Origin: an uncultured Nitrososphaeraceae archaeon
GTDB taxonomy: Archaea > Thermoproteota > Nitrososphaeria > Nitrososphaerales > Nitrososphaeraceae
Direction of reading: 5' to 3'
DNA length: 64,000 bases
Assembly: GCA_963729045.1 (NCBI GenBank)
Contig: CAVSMN010000015.1
Span: forward strand, 32,001 to 96,000
Shown: positions 53,212 through 64,000 of the stretch, in pieces
How positions within the stretch are numbered: position 1 is the stretch's first letter
Layout: every line of letters starts with the position of its first letter
Made by a program: the position numbers and the translations under genes
The notes under the pieces: generated by a model
What the model saw: the letters and a program-made list of their open reading frames with translations, nothing else
Database searches by the model: none
Told to the model about the DNA's origin: nothing

Positions 53212-53862
53212 ATGGTCTGGTTAAGACGTACAACTCACTATTTGTTCATAGTTGTTGTTGCAGTAAATAGTACGTTGCTTACAATCAACGCAGGAGATTA
53301 TATCTTCTATACTGACTGGGCATGGACATCATTCGTCGTATTCTCGATTTCTCAATCCACAATGCTTGTGGTAGGAGCTATATACTATATGTTGTTTACA
53401 GGTGTCCCTGGCACGGCTACGTATTATGCAACTATTATGACAATTTATACATGGGTTGCCAAAGGAGCATGGTTCGCATTGGGATACCCGTACGATTTTG
53501 TCGCGGTTCCTGTTTGGATACCCTCTGCTATGTTATTGGATTTGGCGTACTGGGCAACAAGAAGAAACAAACACGCGGCAATATTAATTGGTGGTGTATT
53601 GGTAGGAATGTCACTCCCACTGTTTAATATGATTAACTTATTGCTGGTTGCTGACCCATTAGAAATGGCATTCAAATATCCTAGACCCACATTACCACCA
53701 TACATGACTCCAATTGAACCACAGGTAGGAAAGTTCTATAACAGTCCTGTCGCGTTGGGAGCAGGAGCTGGAGCGGTGCTTTGTGTACCTATAGCGGCCT
53801 TGGGTGCAAAACTCAACACTTGGACTTATAGATGGATGGCTGCATGGAGTAAGTGGGACTAG
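53212..53862 (+). CDS. amoA: Archaeal ammonia monooxygenase subunit A
   Basis: 216 aa MVWLRRTTHY...AGDYIFYTDWAW...YRWMAAWSKWD. Confidence 0.99.
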   Translation: MVWLRRTTHYLFIVVVAVNSTLLTINAGDYIFYTDWAWTSFVVFSISQSTMLVVGAIYYMLFTGVPGTATYYATIMTIYTWVAKGAWFALGYPYDFVAVPVWIPSAMLLDLAYWATRRNKHAAILIGGVLVGMSLPLFNMINLLLVADPLEMAFKYPRPTLPPYMTPIEPQVGKFYNSPVALGAGAGAVLCVPIAALGAKLNTWTYRWMAAWSKWD

Positions 53863-53880
53863 ATCCCTTTTTTTATTTTA
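53863..53880 (+). terminator. Oligo-T terminator after amoA
   Basis: CCCTTTTTTTATTTT immediately after the stop codon. Confidence 0.55.
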
Positions 53881-55060
53881 CAAATTATAGAGTTTATTTA
53901 AGAAATTAAGACTATTTACATAAAAATTAGAATTCTCAAAACTTTACTTTAAGCCGAATTTGTGGGGATATAATTAATTTATTGATTTTGTTAGGGTATT
54001 GATAAAGTTTGATAAAGTCTACCATTAAATTGACTTCAAATTTTGTTTTCCATGAAGGGTATCCAGAGTTATATTCTCATTCCAAAGAGTGGATGTTGGA
54101 ACATATATTCTATTGGCTAATCATTTTGGATCAATCACAAAGGATCCTCGCACTATTAAAATATGATTGCTTATGATCATAAAAAATGAAAGAACAGATT
54201 ATTTATATTCAATATTCTAGAAGCACATACAAACCACAATATCATTATAATGAAAGAAGACGGCATCTTGGATTCGATACCTCATGAATTTAGGACTTCA
54301 ATGTTAAACTCAATAGCCATTCAGCGTATCCATGGATTATGCATACATTCGTCCAAACACCTGAAGGGACAAAAAATAAACTTCCTTTTAAGGGTTCATT
54401 GATATATTAAGTGTGGAGTCTGATCCCTTTTCTCTTGACCAATTAATCAAAAGCGACACCAAGAGACACCAGTTCTGTACATAATTAACCAAAATTATAT
54501 CTGTAAATATCAAGGATTTGCTTATATAATATTAGTTAGTCTACTGGTCCTAAAATATGATATGAAAGGAGCAAAAAAACATTGAACTGTTAATCAGTTT
54601 GTACTAATCTTTAGAATATTAAATCAGTAAAGAAAATTATAAAAAGCACTATTAGTGACAGAAATTTACGTATATAGTCAAATATTATAAAAAATTATTA
54701 ACAAAGTACCAAAAGTATTGACAAATTTCACATCACAAGACCAGTATTCAAATTGGTGAAAAAAAATCAAACCATTATTTTAGACTTTTGATAATATATC
54801 GTCAAGTCGAAGATGATAACCTATAATGGTGTCAAATAACCAGAGGTTAACTCAAGTGCTGCTGGTGGAATTAAACTATAATGGATTTCACAGCGGTTGA
54901 CCACTCATCATTGTGAAAAAATTTTTCTATCTTGTATGAATATCCGTTGTTTTCCAGAGTATTACATCGAGGCCAGAATGATGCTTTCACCAGAAGCAAA
55001 CTTTAATACGAAAATAGTAAAATATGAATTTTTGAAGATGAGCTCGAATTAGGTAACAAG

Positions 55061-56026
55061 TTATTTTGTTTTAAGCTCATCGATCAATCTATCTATATTG
55101 ATATTTGGATTCCCGTTTTCATCTTTTATTGTTTGCAGTGCTGGTGGATATTCCTTGTAATTGTCAATTCTGCTTTGTAATCTTTCTTCATATGTGGGTG
55201 TATTCTTATTTTCATAAAATACCCCAACAGGAATTCTATTTTCCCATTCTTTTGATTTTTCTATCGCTTTGATTATCTTATCAGATGACTCCTCATCATT
55301 ATCCACTACCCCGTTATATCCTTCTTCCTCTAGCTTGTATATCTTGGGAATTCTTATTGAAGGATTATTCTCATCTAGAGTAAAACTTTGATACCATTCC
55401 TTTGTGTTTATATCATTGTATGTAGGACAAGGCTGTAATACGTCAATAAAGGATAAACCACCATGCTCTATTCCCTTCTTAATTACCTCCTTTAGATGTT
55501 TTATGTCATACGAATATCCTCTTGCTATATAGGTGAAACCACTGATACAAGCCAATGCTATAGGATTAATACTATCATTTACATTGGGCTGAGGCAAAGA
55601 TTTTGTCTTCATTCCTAATTTTAGCGTGGGAGATGCTTGACCCTTGGTTAATCCGTAAACTCCGTTATTGTAAATAATATATGTGATATCGATGTTTCGT
55701 CTTCCTGAATTTACAAAATGTCCGGAACCTATTCCTAATCCATCTCCATCACCACCTACAGCCAGAATTTTCAAATTCGGGTTGGCCAGTTTGGCTCCTT
55801 GAGCGAAGGGCAATACTCTGCCATGTAACGTGTGTATTCCAAATGTATTAATAAAATGGGGGGTTTTTCCAGAACATCCAATTCCAGAAAAAATTGCAGC
55901 TTGATGCGGAGGTATTTCTAATTCATAAAGAGACATTTGTATTGCATTAAGTATACCAAAGTCTCCACAACCTGCACACCAGTCATTATGAACCGGTGTC
56001 TTAAAATCGGCTAATTTATACTCCAT
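55061..56026 (-). CDS. 2-oxoacid:ferredoxin oxidoreductase beta subunit
   Basis: WCAGCGD, SGIGCS, HTLHGR, GGDGD TPP motif, YGLTKGQ.SPT. Confidence 0.95.
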   Translation of the reverse strand: MEYKLADFKTPVHNDWCAGCGDFGILNAIQMSLYELEIPPHQAAIFSGIGCSGKTPHFINTFGIHTLHGRVLPFAQGAKLANPNLKILAVGGDGDGLGIGSGHFVNSGRRNIDITYIIYNNGVYGLTKGQASPTLKLGMKTKSLPQPNVNDSINPIALACISGFTYIARGYSYDIKHLKEVIKKGIEHGGLSFIDVLQPCPTYNDINTKEWYQSFTLDENNPSIRIPKIYKLEEEGYNGVVDNDEESSDKIIKAIEKSKEWENRIPVGVFYENKNTPTYEERLQSRIDNYKEYPPALQTIKDENGNPNINIDRLIDELKTK

Positions 56027-58049
56027 CTTTTAATACAACTCTCCGTTCAGATTGGTTATTCATTATGTTTATTAAAGAATTGTAAATTTCGGTATGAGAC
56101 ATTGGCCTACCATTATATTTTAGTATATTATGATCCGAATGCAAGTTTGTATTTTGTTTTATTAGAATGTCCAATTGCGACAAATAGTTCATCTCAATAA
56201 TTGTTATAATTGTTTCAATGTTGGAGGATGCATTGTCAAGAGTTTTAAATTTTTCCATTTTATTATTTACCATGTCTTCCAAAAGTTTTCCTGGAAAAGG
56301 ATTTAATAATTTGATTTGAAGGTACAAGAATTGAGTTGTATCATCTGATTCAGTTATTTTTTCTAATGAATCTAGAATTGCTCCTTTCGTAGATCCCCAA
56401 CTAACTATTACCATTAATCTTTTCACATTACTACTTTTATTATTTTCAAATTCGATCGTAATTTGTTCTTCTTTAGGTATTCTATTCTGTATTAATTCTA
56501 ATTTAGACAATCTCTTTTCCATCATGCTAATCCTAGTCTCTGGGTCTTCGGTTATATGACCCATTTCGTCATGTTCATCGCCTGTATTCCAGAATATACC
56601 ATTTTCTGTGCCTAACGGTACGCGCATGGTAATCGGATCATCGCTCAATTCGAATCTTTTAAAGTGATCTGAAAAGCCTTGTTGCTTAATCTCTATCGAA
56701 TTACCCTCTAATATTTTCCCCCTTTCAATCTTCAGATTTTTATATTCAAATGGGCTACATGTAATGATGCTATTAGAAAGATACTTGTCTAACATGTGGA
56801 TAACTGGTGTCTGGAAAATATCTGCATAATTGAATACTCTAATTGTATCGTAAAAGCTTTCTTCGATATCTCCAGAGGAATATACGATCCTTGGAAATTC
56901 ACCATGTCCTGCATTAATTGCGAATAATAGATCTCCTTGTTCTTGTCTTGTGGGTAGTCCAGTCGATGGTCCTGCTCGTTGATACAAACTAACCAATAAA
57001 GGAACTTCATTTATTCCTGCCCATCCTAATGCTTCTGCCATCAGAGAAAATCCAGGACCTGAAGTAGTAGTGCAGGCTCTTACACCGGTTAAAGCCGCTC
57101 CGATAGCCATAGTTATAGCGGCTATTTCATCTTCCGTTTGAATTACTACTACTGATCCATTATTATTATCGTTTTGATCTAGAATCTGGTTTGATTCTAG
57201 ATATTCACTGTCATCGGTAGCTGGCGTAATAGGATAGTATGTTTGAAATCTACAGCCGGCCACAATTTTTCCTAGAGGTGAAGTTTGATTCCCTTGTGCA
57301 ATAATGGAATTACTATTCGCTTCGTCCTGAATTTTTGATACAAATGAAAATTTTTCTGGTATCGCACCGAAGTTCTCCTTAACATAAGAATAAGTGAAAT
57401 TTGCCGCTTTCACGTTGAGTTCTGCTATCTTTGGTTTGTTAGCAAATGTATCTAGTATCCCTTGTTCCATAAGGGGAATATCAAAATCTAAAACTGCCAA
57501 TGAAGCTGCAAGTGACATTACGTTGGTAATTCTTGCTAATTTACTTAGGGAATGATCTTGAATCGCCTCCGAAAACTTGTTTATTAATTTAGTATATGGT
57601 AATTTTACCAGTATGACTTTCCTCTCTTTGAGCTCCTCTACTATTCCTGCAAGACTAAATTCTTTGCTCTTGCTCTTTAAGATATGTGATATTCTCTTTT
57701 CGGATGATTTGTCTAGTGTATGGATATCCTCAATTTTCTTTCCTACAACATCTGGATCATAAATCAATATTCCGCCTTTTAATAAGAATGGGGAGTGTCT
57801 TACTATTGTTTCAGCATCAAAAGTTACAAGAATGTCAATATCATCAACAGGAGACCTTACAATTTGATTTGAAAATCTCACAGAGAAGTAGCTATGTTCT
57901 CCTTTTATGTTCGAGTGGTATTCTCTCTTACCAAATACATTTAAACCCGACATCGCTATAGATTTTAGAAATATGTGGGACGCGGAATCTACTCCACTTC
58001 CTTGAGGCCCACCTATAACCCAAGAAATGGACTCTCTAGAAATAACCAT
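56016..58049 (-). CDS. 2-oxoacid:ferredoxin oxidoreductase alpha (gamma-alpha fused) subunit
   Basis: GGPQGSG, YYPITPA, EDEIAA, TSGPGFSLM.E, RAGPSTGLPT. Confidence 0.95.
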   Translation of the reverse strand: MVISRESISWVIGGPQGSGVDSASHIFLKSIAMSGLNVFGKREYHSNIKGEHSYFSVRFSNQIVRSPVDDIDILVTFDAETIVRHSPFLLKGGILIYDPDVVGKKIEDIHTLDKSSEKRISHILKSKSKEFSLAGIVEELKERKVILVKLPYTKLINKFSEAIQDHSLSKLARITNVMSLAASLAVLDFDIPLMEQGILDTFANKPKIAELNVKAANFTYSYVKENFGAIPEKFSFVSKIQDEANSNSIIAQGNQTSPLGKIVAGCRFQTYYPITPATDDSEYLESNQILDQNDNNNGSVVVIQTEDEIAAITMAIGAALTGVRACTTTSGPGFSLMAEALGWAGINEVPLLVSLYQRAGPSTGLPTRQEQGDLLFAINAGHGEFPRIVYSSGDIEESFYDTIRVFNYADIFQTPVIHMLDKYLSNSIITCSPFEYKNLKIERGKILEGNSIEIKQQGFSDHFKRFELSDDPITMRVPLGTENGIFWNTGDEHDEMGHITEDPETRISMMEKRLSKLELIQNRIPKEEQITIEFENNKSSNVKRLMVIVSWGSTKGAILDSLEKITESDDTTQFLYLQIKLLNPFPGKLLEDMVNNKMEKFKTLDNASSNIETIITIIEMNYLSQLDILIKQNTNLHSDHNILKYNGRPMSHTEIYNSLINIMNNQSERRVVLKDGV

Positions 58050-58951
58050 TAATTACATTAATATCAGCGCTTGTTCTTATTATAGTTTCAATCAATCATG
58101 ATTGGAAAGTTCACTCAACCGCCAGTCATCGAGTCATGAAGACAACACTCGCATTTATCTCCTCTTCCACAGTAAGGGCATACGCACATGCAAGCCTCAA
58201 GAACATTTCCACAAAGATCACACAAAACTGTATCTTCGCTTTCATTTAACTGGAAATCAGTTCCTTGATTCAATAACCTATTTTAATCAGATCATCGTAT
58301 TAATACTTATACCTTAGTTGGAATGGAATTTGTTCAAGAACTTGTAGTTAAATTTACCAGGGGAGTATGATTATGTTAGATTATTCCCACTAGTTGGTTC
58401 GAGTGAAAAGATCCATGTCTAGGATGAAGAAATTGATTCTCTTTGTTATAACATTGAATCTCTAATAAAACTCGAATCGATTCAATCAATAGATTACAAA
58501 AACCACATACTTTCCATTTATTATGCTATTTCAAACATGAAATTTTGCAAGGTCTCAAAAAGTTAACTAGCTCACTACACCTCAGATAAAATCCTAAACA
58601 ATGGTTGACAGTATCATAATAAAGATAAAAATTACTCTAAATGAAATATCAAATATTGTCCATATCTCAATCATTTATTACCATTAAATCACGTCCTAAA
58701 AACCATGAAGGGGGTTCATGGCATGATTCACAAACCTTAGATTCATGATATTTCGATATTTGTATTTGGAAATCAATCTTTTTCATGATTCTATTAGTAT
58801 CCATTCAATAAGATAGGATCTTTTTCATTTACATAATTTTTCATCTTCTAATACGAATTCGGTGATACGCCTTTGTATGTTATAGAATTTCGACAATGTT
58901 TGATTATTGTTATAAAAAATTGATGTTTCACTAATAGAGGATACAGCAAAC

Positions 58952-58959
58952 TTTTTATC
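58952..58959 (+). promoter_or_regulatory. BRE/TATA promoter of amoB (likely leaderless)
   Basis: GCAAAC-TTTTTATC ending about 24 nt before ATG 58983. Confidence 0.55.
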
Positions 58960-58982
58960 TATGTAAGAAGTTGAATCCCTAG

Positions 58983-59561
58983 ATGAATAAGAAGAGCGGC
59001 AACAAACCCGCTATGGTGTTTCTAATTGTAACCTTTATTGCAGGAGCATCCATATTAGCTAGTATTATTGCACTACTTCCAATGGCTGATGGTCACGGAG
59101 TTCAAGCTCAGCTTCAAAGTAGATTCGTTAGAATCAACGATGAAGCTTTTTCAGCGCAATCCCTAAACACTGGTGACACATTGGTAGTTACAGGCGAACT
59201 TCAAAGTTTGGTAAATAGACCAATGAGAGGTTGGATATCACTTTTCAGTGAATCTACTAATGCTGGAAATAGATGGGAATTCATTAGTCGAGATCCACCA
59301 GGAAACATCATTGAAATTCAACCACAAGAAACCATTCCATACCAAATTGAAGCAAAGGCATTAGAACCAGGGATTTATCACGTTCACACACAACTCAATC
59401 TCGCAAACGTAGGTCCAGGTTTGGGTCCAGGTCAAACTGTTCAGGTAGTTGGTGAACCAATACTTAAACCAATTCCATGGAACAACATAATATATCAGAG
59501 CATAATTATTGCTGCTGGGCTTGGAGTAACATTTGCTACAAGACCGTGGCAAGTAATTTAA
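58983..59561 (+). CDS. amoB: Archaeal ammonia monooxygenase subunit B
   Basis: Signal peptide then HGVQAQLQSRF, NAGNRWE, YHVHTQLN, GPGLGPG, TFATRPWQVI. Confidence 0.97.
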   Translation: MNKKSGNKPAMVFLIVTFIAGASILASIIALLPMADGHGVQAQLQSRFVRINDEAFSAQSLNTGDTLVVTGELQSLVNRPMRGWISLFSESTNAGNRWEFISRDPPGNIIEIQPQETIPYQIEAKALEPGIYHVHTQLNLANVGPGLGPGQTVQVVGEPILKPIPWNNIIYQSIIIAAGLGVTFATRPWQVI

Positions 59562-59965
59562 CCTATTTTTTTTCCATAATTCAATCATAAATTGTAATTT
59601 TATCGTAATAATCTTGGTTGAAAACTACTAGTAAATATTTGGAGCTTGTAGCTTTTTTAACAATATTTTAATTTTCAGAAAAAATTTATAATACTATTTT
59701 AGTCAAAACATTAGATTTTGCATAAGTTATGCTGTTACCTTATGCTTTCTTGATGCTCTTATGAGACGGATTTTATTCAAAATTGTAGTGAAAAAGTTCT
59801 TACTTTCCATTTCTATGTATTTAATTTAACACAATTATTTTTAAATCTTTTGTGAAACCAATATCATCAACCACTAGTTATATCCTTGGTCAAAAATTAA
59901 TATCAATGGTATGGCATACGACCACTAAGAGAAATCTTTTTTTATTTAATGGTTAAGAAACTGTT

Positions 59966-60379
59966 ATGCAAGAAGTGGTAAGTGAAATCATGTCTAGTCA
60001 TGTTGTTACAATTAATTCTGATAAATCTGCATTAGATGCCGCTTTGCTGATGAAAGAAAAAAGGATTAGCTCTCTGATAGTTCAGGATAATGATGAATTG
60101 CTCGGAATCATTACGGAGCGAGATTTTGTTAAAAGAGTTTGTGCTAATGATAGAGTGTCATCAGAAGTGAAGATATCTGAATTAATGTCCAAGATCCAGA
60201 CCTATGCAGCACCAGATACTCCTGTGGATGTTGCGGTTCAACGAATGATCAATAATCGAATAAGGCGATTGCCTGTTATATCAAATGGAAAAGTGATAGG
60301 GATCATTACTGTCACTGATTTAGCTAAAGAATTGCGCAGGATCATGCTAACTCAAGGGATAGTCGAACTTATTGATTAA
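59966..60379 (+). CDS. CBS domain pair protein
   Basis: GIITERDF, IRRLPV, GIITVTDL. Confidence 0.92.
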   Translation: MQEVVSEIMSSHVVTINSDKSALDAALLMKEKRISSLIVQDNDELLGIITERDFVKRVCANDRVSSEVKISELMSKIQTYAAPDTPVDVAVQRMINNRIRRLPVISNGKVIGIITVTDLAKELRRIMLTQGIVELID

Positions 60380-60464
60380 ATTCTGTTATTTATTATAAGT
60401 ATAATGCTATCTTCTCTTGTTACCCGTAACCCTTAATTTGTTATGTAACTCCTTTGTATGTTGT

Positions 60465-60695
60465 ATGATTAATTTTGATAAAAAGGTATTACTTAAAAAA
60501 TGGATACCGATCATTGTAATTATCTTTGCAGTGTCCTCATTACTAGGATTATTATTGGGGATCCCTGGATCTCAGATTCTCTCAGCTGTTGTTGTATCTT
60601 TAATTTTAATAACTTCTGCCTTCTTGTTCCAAATGGTGGGTCGAAATCGTTTTGACAACCAGAATGACAAAATGGGATTATCAAAATGTTTGTAG
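60465..60695 (+). CDS. Small membrane protein (C-terminus may be frameshifted)
   Basis: Two hydrophobic helices; a further hydrophobic segment GFFIYGLAVAFLMG lies in another frame downstream. Confidence 0.5.
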   Translation: MINFDKKVLLKKWIPIIVIIFAVSSLLGLLLGIPGSQILSAVVVSLILITSAFLFQMVGRNRFDNQNDKMGLSKCL

Positions 60696-60770
60696 GGGTT
60701 TTTCATATACGGACTGGCTGTCGCATTCTTAATGGGTAAGCAGCAGGACTCCTGTTGCTAAATATTTGAA

Positions 60771-61820
60771 ATGCTCCTTATCGTTGTACTGTCTAACATT
60801 TTGATGATTCTCATTCACTTGGCCTATATTACCGACTTTGATCAAGCTTTTTCCATAAATGGAACTTCGAGTTTGAAAATATTGCAGGACTATGCATTAT
60901 CCAAGATAAATGCAGATCGATTGAGTGTTGGACTCAACCCTGTATCTCTAAGTGATAATAAGGCTGCTCAATATCATGCAGCTGAAATACTACAATCAGA
61001 GCTTTTATCTCATTGGAGCAAGAATGGGTTAAAACCCTACATGTTATATTCTTTACATAATGGTACCGGTTACGTACAACAAAACATAGGTCAAATAAGC
61101 TATATTAATACTGATGATGCCATGAAAGGAATAACCGCTCATTCTTTTTGTACCAGTGATTCCAGATTATATTGTGAGCCGCTAGATCCTTTTGATGCAA
61201 TTGATAAGCTAGAAAATTCTATGATCTTCAATGATTTTTTGTGCTGTCACAATGGTCATAAAAACAATATTTTGGATAAACTTCATACAAATGTAAGTAT
61301 CGGGATAGCATTTAATGAATATTATTTTGTTCTCGTTCAGAATTTTGAAAACAATTATCTGAGTTACAATCTCTCAAATGAAGACAATGAGTTTTTATTG
61401 GAAGCAAAATTGCTTGATCCGAAAAAAAACCTGCAATTAAGTCATATTTCATTCTATTTTGACAACCCACCTAACCAGGGGGAGTACGAAGAGAACAAAA
61501 ATAAATTAAACTATAGCATGGGTAATTTAGGACTAATCGTAAGTAAACCATTAGAATTTTATGAACAATATGTTCAACCCGAATCTTATCATATAATTGA
61601 AGCAGAAAATTGGGATATTCGCAATGACAGCCTAAATGTCTCATTTAAACTTCCTGATGATTTAGAAATAAATGATAGAATAGTCACCATGGTAATGTAC
61701 GCCAATAACAAGACTGAATATCCTTCAATTCCTGACATTGATGATGGGAATCTTCAAAGGGAAATAATCCCCCTAGCTTCATACATCATCCCTAACAAAA
61801 CTGTTTCAGGGTTTGAATAA
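60771..61820 (+). CDS. Secreted CAP/SCP-domain protein
   Basis: INADR...L.PV, AAQYHA, LSHW, QNI, GHKNNILD, VSIGIA, VQNF. Confidence 0.82.
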   Translation: MLLIVVLSNILMILIHLAYITDFDQAFSINGTSSLKILQDYALSKINADRLSVGLNPVSLSDNKAAQYHAAEILQSELLSHWSKNGLKPYMLYSLHNGTGYVQQNIGQISYINTDDAMKGITAHSFCTSDSRLYCEPLDPFDAIDKLENSMIFNDFLCCHNGHKNNILDKLHTNVSIGIAFNEYYFVLVQNFENNYLSYNLSNEDNEFLLEAKLLDPKKNLQLSHISFYFDNPPNQGEYEENKNKLNYSMGNLGLIVSKPLEFYEQYVQPESYHIIEAENWDIRNDSLNVSFKLPDDLEINDRIVTMVMYANNKTEYPSIPDIDDGNLQREIIPLASYIIPNKTVSGFE

Positions 61821-62361
61821 GTGTGAATTTTCTGGCCGGATTCGCGACATTTTTACAAATTTCTTTATTTTATTATTGTTACAGAGATACTTTCAAGTTT
61901 TGACCCCATACTTGTCTGTCCACATATGTTATTCTGCATCCAATTTTAGAAAATAATTAGAAAAAGTGGTTGGCAAAGGAAAATGTTGGCTCAAAGACTT
62001 CAGTCATTCCAAAATAGTATCTTTTCTCTTTTTCTCTTATTTTGACACTCTTTGGCTGCCTAGTCATGAACACTTATTTATCTAGTTTTAGGCATTTTCA
62101 CTTTGTTACCGAATATGTTCTTCTCTTTGAGAATGATGATTATCTCATGTATGGTAAATCAAACTAATTATCTGTCTTACTTGACTAATATGTCTTAATT
62201 ATCTTGTAATTATAATATGTCTATTTTTCCATGGTATCCTTTAAAATTGACCTGAGCGGTTATTTAATTACAATATACTAGTGAAGATAAAATTGATCAT
62301 ATTTGCACAATTAGGTAATCATGCTGTATTATGAAATAAAATAAAAGAATGAACAGGGATG

Positions 62362-64000
62362 TTATTTAATTTTGTTTAGCTCATTTATTTTATCATTAAC
62401 GAGATTAAACCCTCTCTGCCAGAAATCTTCTTTAGAAATGTCAATACCCTCATCTAATAGTAAATCTTCTGGTTTTTTCGAGCCTCCAGATGACAGAATC
62501 CTAATGTATTTGGGTATGAATCCTTTACCCTCATTCTTGAATTGTTGATATAACGACATTACTAACAAATTTCCAAATGAATACGCGTAACAATAGAAAG
62601 GTGAATGATAAAAATGAGGAATGTACAACCATTCGTATTTAAAATCATCAGATATCTTTAATTGAATTTCCAAATTGCTCTCTTAAATTATCCATGTAAA
62701 TTTCTGATAATTCGTCTATATTTGTAGCACTGTTTTTCCCGATCGTTTCATGAGCTGAAATTTCAAAAATTGTAAAATATGCTTGTCTCATAATCGTCGC
62801 ATAAAAGTCATCTATTTGTTCTGCTAGCATGATTTTCCTATCTTTTTTCTTAACCTGATCCAAAAGCCGATCGTTAAGTATCATCTCCCCAAATACTGAT
62901 GCAGTTTCTGCTAGTGGTAATGAAGGATGCTGTACGCTAATTGGCTTATCCGCTGCAAGAACACTGTGAATTGCATGCCCAAATTCATGTGCCATAGTTG
63001 AAATGTCCCTTAAAGTGCCGTCAAAATTCAAGAGTACAAAAGGGTCGACTTTGGGACTTATTGTTGAACAGAAAGCTCCCCCTTGTTTATTGTCCTGAAG
63101 TTTTGAGTGGATATGTTTTTTAGTAACCAAATCTTGTACTATTGTCTTAAACTCTGGATGAAAATCATCAAAAGCATCTAAAACCATCTTAAGAGCCTCT
63201 CCGAAAGTAATTTTCTTCTGATTTTGCGTTTTCAAAGGAGCATAAAGATGATATCTCTCTAGTTTCTTAACCTTCAATATTTTTGCCTTTTCCCTGAAAT
63301 ACTGGTGAAAGACTTTAGAGTTAGATCTACATACATTAAGAAGCGCCCTGATTGTCTCATCGCTAATATTGTTTGATAGGTTTCTTACAGAAATAGGTGT
63401 CGGAAAGCCTCGAAGTAAGACGTATTCATTATTCCAGTTTAAAATCCGGTTGATATAAATCTCGCCCAAGACTCCGCTATTTTTCTTATACGTTGACAAC
63501 AACGATCTATAGGCAGCAACTCTTTCAGAAGATCTGGAACTTCTCACCAAAGAGACCAGCTTTTCCTTGTTAGTAATAGTTTTTCTTATCTTTCTAGTTC
63601 CTCTTTCTTCGATATACTCAAACTCAAAACCATTTGTCATCCTATCATAAATCTTGATTAACGCGCTCATCCCCGTAACATCAAGTATGTTTATTATCTT
63701 CTCTTCTGATTCATTCAGAGTATATTTTGACATGGAACGTTCATGAAGTAAATAATCTTTGTAAACATCTGGAGATCCTTTTATTAAACGATCGGCATTT
63801 TCCTTGTCTAACGCTTTCTTGAACCATAAATCAAAGAATAGAAGTTTGTTAGATATTTCTGAGGAAAAAATATTTACTTTTGTAACTAATGCGCCTATAT
63901 CATTCGAAGATGTATCTTCAGCATACTTCAAATGAGCATACCCAGCAACATAACTTAAAGATTCTGCAATTTCTTCGGATTCTTTGATTAATTTCATAAA
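62362..64000 (-). CDS. pepF: M3 family oligoendopeptidase F (partial, apparent frameshift about 62655)
   Basis: KQGGAFC, AHEFGH, AETASVFGE, RQ..F..FE, W.YIPHFY.SPFY.YAY. Confidence 0.93.

Noticed and set aside
58102..58317. 71-aa ORF between the oxidoreductase and amoB, and similar short ORFs at 40495, 45198, 48343 and 50040
   Set aside because: No motifs, weak starts or atypical composition; cannot be supported as genes

Overview
AT-rich archaeal chromosome window from a terrestrial ammonia-oxidising archaeon (Nitrososphaeria). It is most consistent with Ca. Nitrosocosmicus, inferred from amoX-amoA, a detached amoB, 4-hydroxybutyryl-CoA dehydratase and low GC. Most of the window is housekeeping: sucD, histone, trpGD, apt-mtnP, gap, pfdA-ftsY-argF, pckA, sod, rpl32e-rpl19e, spt5-rpl11, thermosome, DNA ligase, pdxST, 2-oxoacid:ferredoxin oxidoreductase and pepF. 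It also holds the SRP RNA and four tRNAs carrying six BHB introns in total; tRNA-Gln(CTG) has three. Two accessory regions stand out. (1) About 28.4-36.9 kb, just downstream of the SRP RNA, is an intact TerY-type vWA / Ser-Thr kinase / PP2C triad facing a membrane-anchored TPR protein. (2) About 40.9-50.4 kb, between tRNA-Thr and tRNA-Leu, is a decaying island with an SSV1-type integrase remnant reading out of the tRNA, a family of REP/MITE-like hairpins and several pseudogenes. A candidate unannotated structured RNA lies at 13786-13883. Many conserved genes have single-base frameshifts that look like assembly errors rather than biology. No CRISPR array was seen. All family assignments are by motif recognition, not database search.
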